Origin: a virus | Strand: one strand, 5' to 3' | DNA: 64,000 nt | Virus record (IMG/VR): IMGVR_UViG_3300035189_000033 | Location: 1-64,000 of that record | In this document: positions 27,788-37,253 of the stretch, in pieces | Numbering within the stretch: the first letter of the stretch is position 1 | How the letters are laid out: each line of letters begins with the position of its first letter | Program-made: the position numbers and the translations under genes | The notes under the pieces: generated by a model | Seen by the model: the letters and a program-made list of their open reading frames with translations, nothing else | Database searches by the model: none | What the model was told of the DNA's origin: nothing

Positions 27788-27963
27788 AGAAACCACCACC
27801 CAAGAAACCGTTGGCCGCGGCAAAACCGCCGAGTATTCCGATAAACCAACGATACGACGCGCAAGCGGCATTGCCCCGCATTCGGGCGGGCTTGGCTCGC
27901 CGCAACCGAATGCGTAGAACACACTCAAACGTGCGCATGAGATCAAGCAAGATCCGAAACTAA
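27784..27963 (+). CDS. small basic hypothetical protein
   Basis: ATGA-coupled; 59 aa; translated by hand. Confidence 0.35.
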   Translation: MKKPPPKKPLAAAKPPSIPINQRYDAQAALPRIRAGLARRNRMRRTHSNVRMRSSKIRN

Positions 27964-28030
27964 TGCACCACGTACGCTTGCACGCCAAGCAAGAAAGAGC
28001 GGCGTTAACCAAGGTCATCGGGAGAAAGTA

Positions 28031-28969
28031 ATGGCGATCCTACAGCAGCACGCAGACGCAATTGTTCGAGGCGCACCGCCGGAACGGGTGCACCAGAAAT
28101 ACCCGCGGCACATGACGCATCCGGCCTATACGCCGGGCTCGATCGGCACTGAGGTCAAGTCGCCGGGCGGCTTCACCTATCATGTCGGCGGCACACCGAT
28201 CCGCTACGCGCCGGTGCTCGTTATGGATGAGGGCCAGGAAGAATACTACAAGTCACAGGGGTATGTGACCCAGGGCGAATCTGATCCGGCCGCGTTCGCC
28301 GCTGCCGTCGCCACGATGCGCCCGGCGGGCGAGGAATACGAACCGCAGGAATATCCGAAATGGGTCGGCGGCAAGCTGGTGCAGAACGCCGAAGAGGAGG
28401 CGCGGGCGGCGCGTGAGCGGCGGGTGCAGTTGGGCATCGAAGAACCGGCTGAGAAACCGGGCGACGATCCGACGCCAAAGGAGCCACCTCCGCAAGAGTC
28501 CACACCACCAGCGCCCGAAAAGACGACCCCGCCGGACGAGCCCGAGCCGCAGCCAGCCGCCGCGCAGTCTGCGGTCACTGAGCGCATTGCCGCGCTGGAG
28601 GGATCGCTGTCGGAGATCAAGCTGATGCTACGCGCTCTGACACGGTCGGCGGCAGAAGCCGACCAGCCGGTGCAGGTGCTGGCGGCTCAGGGCCCGGGGC
28701 CGCAATCCGCGCCGGTTGCGCCGCCTTGGGACGAACCCGCCGGTGCCAATGAACCGACCGACGTGACGGCGGAAAAACCCCCCGAAATAGCGGAAAAACC
28801 CCCCGAAAAGACTGCAAAACCCGAGAAAAATGCGGTCGCAGCACATGACAAACCCATCAAACAGCGCAAGGCCCGCCCGCCCTCAAAGCGCAAGATGGAG
28901 GAGCAGCACCGCGCGCAGGACGCCGCCCGCCGGGTCGCCGCGGTCATGCACCCCTCGCACGCGCACTGA
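28031..28969 (+). CDS. hypothetical head-associated protein
   Basis: GGAG SD; KYPR and EYPKW...LVQNAEEE motifs. Confidence 0.7.
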   Translation: MAILQQHADAIVRGAPPERVHQKYPRHMTHPAYTPGSIGTEVKSPGGFTYHVGGTPIRYAPVLVMDEGQEEYYKSQGYVTQGESDPAAFAAAVATMRPAGEEYEPQEYPKWVGGKLVQNAEEEARAARERRVQLGIEEPAEKPGDDPTPKEPPPQESTPPAPEKTTPPDEPEPQPAAAQSAVTERIAALEGSLSEIKLMLRALTRSAAEADQPVQVLAAQGPGPQSAPVAPPWDEPAGANEPTDVTAEKPPEIAEKPPEKTAKPEKNAVAAHDKPIKQRKARPPSKRKMEEQHRAQDAARRVAAVMHPSHAH

Positions 28970-28987
28970 TCGGCGGTCTAAGCAACG

Positions 28988-29713
28988 ATGACCACCGCGC
29001 TTGATCTGATCCAGGACAGCCTCGAAATGCTCGGCGTCTACGGCCCGGGCGATACCATCAGTGCGGCCGACCTCGACCGCTCATTGACCGCACTGAACGA
29101 CATGATCGACTCGTGGTCCAACGAGTCGATGACGTGCTTTGCGTGGCAGCAACTGAGCTTCGCGCTGCAACCCAACATCACGCAATACACCTGCGGCACC
29201 GGCGGCTCGATCAGCACGATCCGCCCGCTGCGGGTGTCCGACGCCGCAGGGTCCGCCTACCTGCTCGATGCGGACAACAACAAATACCCGATGGACGTGC
29301 TGGGTCAGCTCGCGTTCAATCTGCGCACCACGGCGGCAGTGAGTTCCAATCTGCCGGACACGCTGTTCTACGATCCGCAGTTTCCGCTTGGGATCGTCAA
29401 CATCTGGCCGACGCCCTGCCAGGTTTATCAGTGCTATTTCTACTCGTACCTGCAACTCGGCGACTTTCCGACGCCCGAAACCAACGTGTTGCTGCCGCCC
29501 GGCTACAATCTGGCGATCAAGACCAATCTGGCGATCGCACTCAAGCCCTATTTCACCGCCGCCCAGCTTGATCCCATCGTGGTCAGCCGCGCGGCGGAAT
29601 CGAAGGGCAACGTCAAGCGCAACAACAACCGCACGCAGCGGTCGGTGTTCGATCCGGAAATCATCGCCCGCGGGCAATCGACCTATAACATCAGAAGTGA
29701 CCGGAACTACTAG
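28988..29713 (+). CDS. Head-tail adaptor (P22 gp4-like)
   Basis: MTTALDLIQDSLEMLGV...ALNDMIDSW; LPPGYNLAIKTNLAIAL. Confidence 0.8.
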   Translation: MTTALDLIQDSLEMLGVYGPGDTISAADLDRSLTALNDMIDSWSNESMTCFAWQQLSFALQPNITQYTCGTGGSISTIRPLRVSDAAGSAYLLDADNNKYPMDVLGQLAFNLRTTAAVSSNLPDTLFYDPQFPLGIVNIWPTPCQVYQCYFYSYLQLGDFPTPETNVLLPPGYNLAIKTNLAIALKPYFTAAQLDPIVVSRAAESKGNVKRNNNRTQRSVFDPEIIARGQSTYNIRSDRNY

Positions 29714-29731
29714 CGTTTTGAATGGGTTAAC

Positions 29732-32065
29732 GTGGCGCAATCCCCGATCCTCGGCGGCTTCTCCAGGTCGCGCTCAACTTCGGCCAGCGATAACGAGGCC
29801 TACAACCTGTATCTGGAAGTGATTGAAACCAAGGACGGCAAGGTTCCCGGCGCGCTGTATCTGACCGCCGGGCTCGACCTGATCGGCACCCTCGGGCCCG
29901 GCCCGGTCCGCGGCGTGAAACGCCTCAAGGACGTGCTCTACGTGGTGTCCGGCAACGAGGTCTACAGCCTGACACCGAACGGCACCGCCACTCTGCTAGG
30001 GCAGGTGGTGATCGGCAGCGCCCCCGTTTCGATGTTCGAGAACGGCCAGCAGATCATGATCGTCGATGGCGTCGGCGGCTGGCTCGCACCCGGCGGCTAT
30101 CCGGTCACCGGCGGCACTATCACCGGCCAGACGACCAATCCCTCGACCGGTGCGAAGGTGACCCTGACCGGCCTCGCCGGCGGGCTCTATGCGGTGGATG
30201 ACACGATCACCCTGCAATCGGCAAGCGGCACACAGACCAGCTATCCAATCCTCACCGTGACCGCGGTCGCCAACAATCCGGTCACCGTCTACACGCTGGT
30301 CAATCCCGGCACGACATACGCCAGCACGGCCAGCGCCAGCACCACCGGCATTAACGGCCAGGTCGGCGCCGGTAGCGGCCTGACCCTCAATGTCACCGCA
30401 GCCGACGGGGTTGTGACGGCGGCCACGGCCGCCGCAGGCGGCGCCGGCTATGCCGTGGGTGACACCGGGCTGATCAATGTCTACTCGGAGGATGCCGTCT
30501 ACCAGGTGACCGCCGAAAGCGGCGGCGCCGTCAGCGCCGTGCAGATCATCTACGGCGGGACCGAGTACGGCACCGCCAGCGCCCAGGCGACCAAGGCCGC
30601 CCCCGGCGTGCCGGCCAGCGTCGGCACCGGCCTGACGTTCGCTATCACCGCCAGTTCGGGGCCGATCACCGCCTCATCGATCGTCAGCGGCGGCAAGAAC
30701 TACGTCATCGGCAATGTGGGCAAGATCAACGGCGGATCCGCCGATGCGATCTACCGGGTGAGCGCGGTGGGCGCGACCGGCATGGTGACCGGCTTCACCG
30801 TCACCCAAGGCGGCACGGTCAACGACAAGGCCGCCACCTTCACACAGAAATCGACCTCGGGATCGGGTGCGGGCCTGACCCTGACAGCCCCGACTTATGG
30901 CGCGTGGCTGGGCCTCGTGCCGGTCATGCTGCCGTTCGCCAACCCCCTTGTGGGGGGCATCTCGGACGGCTTCGGCGTGCTGGTGTTCCAGGGCACGCAG
31001 TATCTGGCCTCGTCCGACGAACTGGACCTCTCGACCTGGGAAGCGCTGGCCTACGGGGTGTCTGACTCATCGCCCGATCAGTGCATGTCGCTCGCGGTGA
31101 TCCATGACGAAATCTACCTGATCAAAGAAAAGCATACGGAGATCTGGATCGATGCGGGCCTCGTGCCGTTCCCCTTCCAACTGGTCACGTCGGCGCGGAT
31201 GGAGTCTGGCACCATCGCGCCGTTCTCTGCGGCGGCTCTCGGCGAACATCTCTTTTTCCTGTCGCGCAATGACCAGGGCCAGGGCATCGTGGTGCGCGCG
31301 CAAGGCTACAATCTGGTGCCGGTTTCGACGCAGGCGCTGATTGCTGAATTTGACACCTATCCGAACCTCGGCGATGCCATCGGCTACGGCCGCCAGCAGG
31401 GCGGGCATCAGTTCTATGTGCTGACCTTCCCCGAGGCGAACAAGACCTGGGTGCATGACCTGACCGCGAGCGAGATGGCCGGGTTTCCGCTGTGGCACCG
31501 GATCGCCGCCTGGACCGACGGGGCATGGAACCGCCACGCGGGCAACTGCTTCACGCCCTGGCAGGGCGCGGTCACGCGGGTCAACACCACGACCGCCTAT
31601 CAGGCGCAGTCGGTCAAACTGACCACCGAGACGCTGGCCACGGCATCGGGGCTGGTGGGGCTGCCGACAGCGTTCTTCAGCGCGGTGTTCTCGGTCTGGC
31701 TCAATCTGCCCGACACCGGCGCGGCCGGTGTGGTGTTCTCCAATCAGGGCGGATCGGCAACACCCGGCTTGTCCCTCACCATCAAGAACGACGCCGCCGG
31801 ATCGCCGCAGATCACGGTCGAGGCGTGGGACTCTGCTGCCGCGCCGATCGTCGCGGCAACGTATGATTTCACCAATTGGGTCGCCTGGGTGAACATCCTG
31901 ATCTCGATCGACACCGCCACGCAGCAGTTGCAGGTCTACGCCAACACGCTGGTTGCCAACGTGCTGACCGAAACGCTGCTGACGGCGGCCTCGATCACGT
32001 GGTCATCCTCGCACGCGATTGCGCCAGCGGCCACGCAACCGTGGTCACTGGTGGCGGTGGCATGA
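29732..32065 (+). CDS. P22 gp10-like tail hub, N-terminal part with inserted domains
   Basis: GPVRG..LYVVSGNEVY, SPD..., TEIW, VSTQAL, QQGGHQFYVLTFPEANKTWVHD...WHR; lacks the gp10 C-terminus. Confidence 0.85.
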   Translation: MAQSPILGGFSRSRSTSASDNEAYNLYLEVIETKDGKVPGALYLTAGLDLIGTLGPGPVRGVKRLKDVLYVVSGNEVYSLTPNGTATLLGQVVIGSAPVSMFENGQQIMIVDGVGGWLAPGGYPVTGGTITGQTTNPSTGAKVTLTGLAGGLYAVDDTITLQSASGTQTSYPILTVTAVANNPVTVYTLVNPGTTYASTASASTTGINGQVGAGSGLTLNVTAADGVVTAATAAAGGAGYAVGDTGLINVYSEDAVYQVTAESGGAVSAVQIIYGGTEYGTASAQATKAAPGVPASVGTGLTFAITASSGPITASSIVSGGKNYVIGNVGKINGGSADAIYRVSAVGATGMVTGFTVTQGGTVNDKAATFTQKSTSGSGAGLTLTAPTYGAWLGLVPVMLPFANPLVGGISDGFGVLVFQGTQYLASSDELDLSTWEALAYGVSDSSPDQCMSLAVIHDEIYLIKEKHTEIWIDAGLVPFPFQLVTSARMESGTIAPFSAAALGEHLFFLSRNDQGQGIVVRAQGYNLVPVSTQALIAEFDTYPNLGDAIGYGRQQGGHQFYVLTFPEANKTWVHDLTASEMAGFPLWHRIAAWTDGAWNRHAGNCFTPWQGAVTRVNTTTAYQAQSVKLTTETLATASGLVGLPTAFFSAVFSVWLNLPDTGAAGVVFSNQGGSATPGLSLTIKNDAAGSPQITVEAWDSAAAPIVAATYDFTNWVAWVNILISIDTATQQLQVYANTLVANVLTETLLTAASITWSSSHAIAPAATQPWSLVAVA

Positions 32066-32094
32066 CCACACGTAGTGGGAATAGGTATTAAACC

Positions 32095-33126
32095 ATGGGT
32101 ATCTACTTTGTCGGGGCCGAGGATTGTGACTTCCTGAATTTTGGCGGTGGGGTGGTCACCACCGATGGCAGCCATTTCCGTTCCGCCTATGCCCGATGCG
32201 CCTTGCAGATCAACGTCACGACACCGACGAGTTATGGGCTGTCGTCCTACTGGGCGTCACCAACTGGTGCTTTTACGCAATCGTCATTCTGGATGACCGC
32301 CCGCTACTACGACGCTTCAATTTCAAATGGAGGCGATGCTGGCTATCTCGTCCGCTGGAATGATTCCTCCGGGAACGCCCGCCTCCTCGTCGGCTATGAC
32401 TGTCAGAGCAATGACACCGGACCATCGACGTGGCTGTATCAATTAAAAACCGTGGACAGTTCAGGGAATGTCACCATCCTCGCCAATTCGGTAGCCGGTA
32501 TCAACAGTGGCTATGTCGCCAAGCTGGATTTTTATGTCGATTATGCCAGTGCCGGCTCATTCCAAATGTATGTTGATGGCGTGCCGTTCCTCTCCTACAC
32601 CGGCAACCTCACCACCAACGGGCTGACCACGTTGGCTGGCTTCAATCTCGGGCAATCCACACAGGGTAATGATAATGCGGGAATCGTGGCATGGTCGGAA
32701 GTGATCGTATCGTCATCAGACACCCGCTCCATGTCGCTTGAGACGCTTCCGCCGAATGGACAGGGCGCGACCTCGCAATGGACCGGTGATGCGACCGGCA
32801 ATTCCGTCAATGAAGTGGTGCTGAATGACAGCAGCGGGATCTCCTCGGACACCGCCGATCAGATCGAACTCTTTACCCAGCCCGGCACCTCTGTTGCCCC
32901 GTTCATCGCCGCCGTCGCTGTTACCGCCAGGGCGATGACGGCGTCCGGTGCCCCGCAGAACATTGGTCTCCTGCTCCGTTCGGGCGGTGTCACCGGCAGC
33001 TCACCGCCAGAGGCACTGGCAAATTCGTTTGGCTTCCATCAGTACATCTGGACGACCGATCCCGCGACCGGAAATCCCTTTGCCAGCCTCTCTACCGTGC
33101 AGACTGGCATTGAAAGCCTGGCGTAA
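32095..33126 (+). CDS. putative tail/receptor-binding beta protein (lower GC), inserted between the gp10 halves
   Basis: 343 aa, Ser/Thr/Gly-rich, with more A/T-ending codons than its neighbours. Confidence 0.75.
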   Translation: MGIYFVGAEDCDFLNFGGGVVTTDGSHFRSAYARCALQINVTTPTSYGLSSYWASPTGAFTQSSFWMTARYYDASISNGGDAGYLVRWNDSSGNARLLVGYDCQSNDTGPSTWLYQLKTVDSSGNVTILANSVAGINSGYVAKLDFYVDYASAGSFQMYVDGVPFLSYTGNLTTNGLTTLAGFNLGQSTQGNDNAGIVAWSEVIVSSSDTRSMSLETLPPNGQGATSQWTGDATGNSVNEVVLNDSSGISSDTADQIELFTQPGTSVAPFIAAVAVTARAMTASGAPQNIGLLLRSGGVTGSSPPEALANSFGFHQYIWTTDPATGNPFASLSTVQTGIESLA

Positions 33127-33950
33127 TGACCGGCGTTGGCGTCAGCAAACTCAACACCTACGCCGCCATCGTTCCGCAGATCACAAGTCTGTCGAAATTC
33201 AACACTTACATCATCGGCAGCACCATGGCGCCGCCACCCGTCACAATCGCCGATCTGTTCTTCACGCCGACCGCGGAATTCGTCGATCTGACCGTGCTGG
33301 CGAACCGCCGCGCCTTCATCTCGGCCGCCGGCGGGGCACAGCTCCTTAGAGCGGACGGATCAGCCCCGTTCGGCGTCACCCCGCCGGTGTTCCTCACCTC
33401 GAACGGCACGCCTGCCACCTTCGCCGACAACAACGGCCGCGGCGGCGCCTTCTCGATCTCGGGCGGGACTCTGACAGCAGGCCCATCCAACCCGCCCGGA
33501 TCGTCGCAGACCGTCGTCACGTCGCAACAGAACTCGCCCGGCGCCGGCGTGCTGGGCGACTACGCCTCGGGCAACCTCTATGCGTTCAATGTCAACAGCC
33601 TGACCGACAACGGCATCCGCCGCCGCTGGCTCCGCCGCTGGCGGGCGCTGCCCAAAGCCAGCATGGCCGCTGACCGGTTCTACTCGCTGTCGGTGGCGAT
33701 GCAGACCGGCCAGGGTGTGCCGAACGGCGTCGAACCGCAGGTGGTGCTGCGGTGGAGCGATGACGGCGGGCGAACCTGGTCCGATGAACGCATCGTCGCG
33801 GCCGGGCCGCTGGGTGCGACGACGCAGACCGTGAAGTTCAACCGGCTGGGCGCGACGCGGCGGTTTGGCGGATCGGACAGGATTTTTGAACTGTCATCCT
33901 CGGACCTGTTCCTGGTAGCGATCCTGGACGCAGATGTGGACGTCGGATGA
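33126..33950 (+). CDS. P22 gp10-like tail hub, C-terminal part
   Basis: GDYASGNLY...TDNG, MQTGQG, PQVVLRWSDDGGRTWS, FNRLG..RIFELSSSD. Confidence 0.85.
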   Translation: MTGVGVSKLNTYAAIVPQITSLSKFNTYIIGSTMAPPPVTIADLFFTPTAEFVDLTVLANRRAFISAAGGAQLLRADGSAPFGVTPPVFLTSNGTPATFADNNGRGGAFSISGGTLTAGPSNPPGSSQTVVTSQQNSPGAGVLGDYASGNLYAFNVNSLTDNGIRRRWLRRWRALPKASMAADRFYSLSVAMQTGQGVPNGVEPQVVLRWSDDGGRTWSDERIVAAGPLGATTQTVKFNRLGATRRFGGSDRIFELSSSDLFLVAILDADVDVG

Positions 33951-34534
33951 TGCCAATCCCGTTTCTGATCACCGGACTGCCGCGCTCGCGGACGGCCTGG
34001 ATGGCGGCGGCGGCGTCCAACGACCTGTCTATCTGCATCCATGAACCGCTGCGCTATGTCGAACGCTGGCAGCATGTGTTCGAGACCGTATGGGGCATGT
34101 CGGGTTTCCGGTATGTCGGCGCCTCTGACCATGGCCTGGGCTTCCATCTGCCTGAAATCTTCCGGCGCCTGACCCCGCGCACCCTGATCATCGAACGCCC
34201 GATCGCCGAGGTCGAGGCGTCGCTCGCGCGGATCGGCATTCCAGGGAGCAATTTCTGCGAGCTGCTGATGGAGGCGCTGAACGGGTTTGATCATCCACTG
34301 ATCATGCGCGTGCCCTATGCCGATCTGGCGGACACAGAGGTCGTGGGGCGCTGCCTTGCCCACCTGATGCCGTTCAATCCCGTCTCAGCGGCGCGCATCG
34401 AGGCACTGCAGAAGATGAATATCCAGGCACCGAACCTGAATGCGGTGGTCGCGGAGGGCATTCGGCGCGGCCAGCAAGGCGATGCCGCCGCGCTGGTCGG
34501 TGAGGATGTTGTGGCGCGGATCCGCCTGCATTGA
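33947..34534 (+). CDS. sulfotransferase-like P-loop protein
   Basis: FLITGLPRSRTAW...HEP; IIERPIAEVEASL. Confidence 0.6.
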   Translation: MMPIPFLITGLPRSRTAWMAAAASNDLSICIHEPLRYVERWQHVFETVWGMSGFRYVGASDHGLGFHLPEIFRRLTPRTLIIERPIAEVEASLARIGIPGSNFCELLMEALNGFDHPLIMRVPYADLADTEVVGRCLAHLMPFNPVSAARIEALQKMNIQAPNLNAVVAEGIRRGQQGDAAALVGEDVVARIRLH

Positions 34535-35307
34535 CCGAAAAGCCCGTCATCCTCGCCCCGCGCGAGCCGCTCGTCGACCGCTCCGGCCAGATTTCGCGGT
34601 CCTGGTGGCGCGCATTGAACGGGCTGTTTGAGCAGTCCGGCACCTTGGCAAAGGCGCTGGTAACCAATCCCTCCGCGGTGCTGGCCTCGGTCGACGTCAG
34701 CAGCGGCGGCACGATTTCCGCACCCGACCTCGCCGCGAAAAGCCTGATCGGCAATCCGGCCGACACCACGGCGCAACCCGTGGCAATCGCGGTATCTGAC
34801 TCGTTCGCGCTCAATTCCGGCACGCTCGATCTCGCCTCGCTGGCGGCTGGCACGCTGTCGGGCAACGGCGGGCTGTTCAGCGCCCCACCCGGGGCTGTCA
34901 GGGTCGGCAGCAACCTCACCCTCGCCAACGGCACGCTCGACGTGTCCTCGACCAGCGACATGACAGACCAGACCTATGCCTATTCGATCCGCGACACGCG
35001 CGGGCCGGTCAACACCGCCGACCGGGCTGCGGCCGATGCGCTGACCCTCGCACTGCTGGGGGGATCGACATCATCACCGAGCGCGGCGCCGATCACCGTG
35101 GCCGCCGACAGCCTGTTCGGTAACGCCGGCACGGTGGCCGCCAGCGGCAGCAGTATCGCCGTCGGCACCGGCCTGACGCTCTCGCCCGCCGGCACGCTCT
35201 CGGCCACCGGCGGCGGGATCTACGCCCCGCTGGTCAACGGCGACCTGCCAAGCCCGGGGCTGATCGCCGATCCGTTCGGCCAGTGCATCATGGTGCAAAT
35301 CCGATGA
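34531..35307 (+). CDS. tail protein (needle position)
   Basis: APREPLVDRSGQISRSWWRAL N-terminus, typical of genes that follow gp10. Confidence 0.65.
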   Translation: MTEKPVILAPREPLVDRSGQISRSWWRALNGLFEQSGTLAKALVTNPSAVLASVDVSSGGTISAPDLAAKSLIGNPADTTAQPVAIAVSDSFALNSGTLDLASLAAGTLSGNGGLFSAPPGAVRVGSNLTLANGTLDVSSTSDMTDQTYAYSIRDTRGPVNTADRAAADALTLALLGGSTSSPSAAPITVAADSLFGNAGTVAASGSSIAVGTGLTLSPAGTLSATGGGIYAPLVNGDLPSPGLIADPFGQCIMVQIR

Positions 35308-35822
35308 CCTCCAGCATTCTCACCGACTATCTCGGCCAAGGGCCTGCGGCATCGCGGCCGGCGACGCCACCGATCGGCACTGCGGCGCTGGCGTTCTACT
35401 ACGCCGACGATACCGGCGTGCTGTCGCTGTGGGACACCGCGACCAGCGCCTGGGTAACGGCGGGCGGCGCCGGCCTGTCGACCTCCAACACCTGGACGGC
35501 GGCACAGATCGGCGCCGTCGTGACGCTGACCGACGGCGCGACGATCACCGCGAATTTCAGTCTGGGCAACAACTTCGCGGTCACGCTTGGCGGTAACCGC
35601 ACGCTGGCCAATCCATCCAGCGTCAATGCCGGGCAGGGCGGGCAGATCGTCGTCACCCAGGACGGCACCGGCGGCCGGACGCTCGCCTATGGCTCGGACT
35701 GGAAATTCCCCGGCGGCACGGCTCCTGTGCTGTCGACCGCGGCCGGTGCGACCGACATCCTGAGCTATTACGTCGTCAGCTCGACGTTTATTGCTGTCAG
35801 TCCGGCGCTGGCCTTCGCTTAA
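35304..35822 (+). CDS. tail-fibre-like protein
   Basis: LTDGATI...TLGGNRTLANP...QDGTGGRTLAYGSDWKFPGGTAPVLST fibre domain. Confidence 0.75.
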   Translation: MTSSILTDYLGQGPAASRPATPPIGTAALAFYYADDTGVLSLWDTATSAWVTAGGAGLSTSNTWTAAQIGAVVTLTDGATITANFSLGNNFAVTLGGNRTLANPSSVNAGQGGQIVVTQDGTGGRTLAYGSDWKFPGGTAPVLSTAAGATDILSYYVVSSTFIAVSPALAFA

Positions 35823-36298
35823 TGGCCGCGCACCGTTACTGGCGGATCAATATAACCGCGGTGCTGCCAAGTGCGACCAACGTCAATCTTGCTGAGATAC
35901 AAATGGCATCTTCGGTCGGGGGCGCCGATCTGTTCGGCTCAGGCACGGCTTTGGCGTCGTCTACGCAGGGCGGTATCTATGAGCCGTCTGCCGCCTGTGA
36001 TGGCAATCTAACGACATTCTGGAGCAGTGCGCCCGCGGATTCGTTGCCTCAATGGTGGGGCTATGACTTCGGCGCGGGCAACAGCGTGGTGGTGAATGAG
36101 GTTCGGATCTACCCGCTCGACTACAGTAGCGTTCTCTACGCACCCACCGCCTTCACGCTGGACTATTCGGACGACGCATCGGCCTGGACGGCGGTGCAAG
36201 CCTTCACCACGGCCGGCTGGTCGGTCGACACGTGGCAGAGCTTTGACGTGACCGTGGCGCCGGCTGCGGTAAGGTTTCGCGGCTTGTTGGGGTTCTAG
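35822..36298 (+). CDS. discoidin/F5-8-like domain tail protein
   Basis: RYWRINIT, ASS...ACDGNLTTFWSS, WWGYDFG, YSDD...WT. Confidence 0.7.
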   Translation: MAAHRYWRINITAVLPSATNVNLAEIQMASSVGGADLFGSGTALASSTQGGIYEPSAACDGNLTTFWSSAPADSLPQWWGYDFGAGNSVVVNEVRIYPLDYSSVLYAPTAFTLDYSDDASAWTAVQAFTTAGWSVDTWQSFDVTVAPAAVRFRGLLGF

Positions 36299-36317
36299 CG
36301 TCGTAAGGGGACTTTCC

Positions 36318-36659
36318 GTGACCGTTCAAGTCATTCAGATGTTCACCCCGACCGTGCTGACCACCACGGCGGCGACGCTGTACACGGTCGACACCGGCAA
36401 CGTCGCCACGGTGCTGGCGCGCGGGCGGATCCGCTTCACCAACACCTCGGCGTCGGCGGTGACGGTCACCGCCTACGGTGTGCCAAGCGCCGGCACGGCG
36501 GGCAGCGGCAACGACTTCTGCCCGGCGCTGACTGTTCCGCCGAGCAGCAACCTCGACATCGACGTGCCGGTGCTGTCGACCGGCGGGCTTATTCAGGCGC
36601 TTGCCTCGACCGCCGGCGTGGTGGTGGCGCACGCGATGGATGGGGTGCTGTTCAGCTAG
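36318..36659 (+). CDS. small virion protein
   Basis: LTTTAATLYT...FTNTSASAVTVT...LIQALAS. Confidence 0.7.
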   Translation: MTVQVIQMFTPTVLTTTAATLYTVDTGNVATVLARGRIRFTNTSASAVTVTAYGVPSAGTAGSGNDFCPALTVPPSSNLDIDVPVLSTGGLIQALASTAGVVVAHAMDGVLFS

Positions 36660-37042
36660 TGCGTCAACAGGCGGAACAGCACGCCCGCCGTCAGCACGAG
36701 GTTGGTGCCGCACATCCAACGCAACAGGTTGATTTCACCGCGGACTTTGGCGAATTCCTGATCCACGCGGGCAAACTTCTGGTCAACGCCAGCAAACCCC
36801 TCGCGCATCTCGCCGCGCACCTTGGCGAACTCCTGATCCACGCGGGCAAACCCCTCGCGCATCTCGCCGCGCACCTTGGCGAACTCCTGATCCACGCGGG
36901 CAAACCCCTCGCGTATCTCGGAGCGCAAGCCTGAGAACTCTGCGTTGTAAGCGGCCAGTTCCTCCGCCGCCGCGGCGGCTTTCGCCTCTGGCACGTTCGC
37001 CGCGAGGAACGCATCCCGGACCGCACCCAACTGCAATGCCAT
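36656..37042 (-). CDS. DUF1640/CCDC90-like coiled-coil membrane protein (moron)
   Basis: AFLAANVPEAKAAAAAE; EMREGFARVDQEFAKVRG repeats; LLRWM followed by a TM segment. Confidence 0.75.
   Translation of the reverse strand: MALQLGAVRDAFLAANVPEAKAAAAAEELAAYNAEFSGLRSEIREGFARVDQEFAKVRGEMREGFARVDQEFAKVRGEMREGFAGVDQKFARVDQEFAKVRGEINLLRWMCGTNLVLTAGVLFRLLTH
36792..36914. repeat. 54-bp intragenic tandem repeat
   Basis: Two perfect copies plus partial copies. Confidence 0.85.
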
Positions 37043-37253
37043 TACGCGAACGCCTCGATAATCAATGGTGCCACGCCGCCAATCCCGTAGTATCGGCACC
37101 GTTTCGGTGATTTCACATACCGCGAGGCCGAGGGCACGGCAAATCGCAATAAAGTATGGACCTCGCGCTGTTCAGCTAGAAGTTGTGGGATCGTTGCGGC
37201 TCACAGCCCGAGGGTGCTAGTCCTGTCAGTGTCTTAGCGCAGGAAGGTGTGTC

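Noticed and set aside
28768-28810. 21-bp repeat (AEKPPE)
   Set aside because: In-frame low-complexity duplication in a disordered tail; unremarkable.
32066-33125. Intron, intein or stop read-through restoring a full gp10
   Set aside because: The three ORFs are in different frames. No homing-endonuclease, RT or intein motifs were seen, and the inserted gene looks structural.
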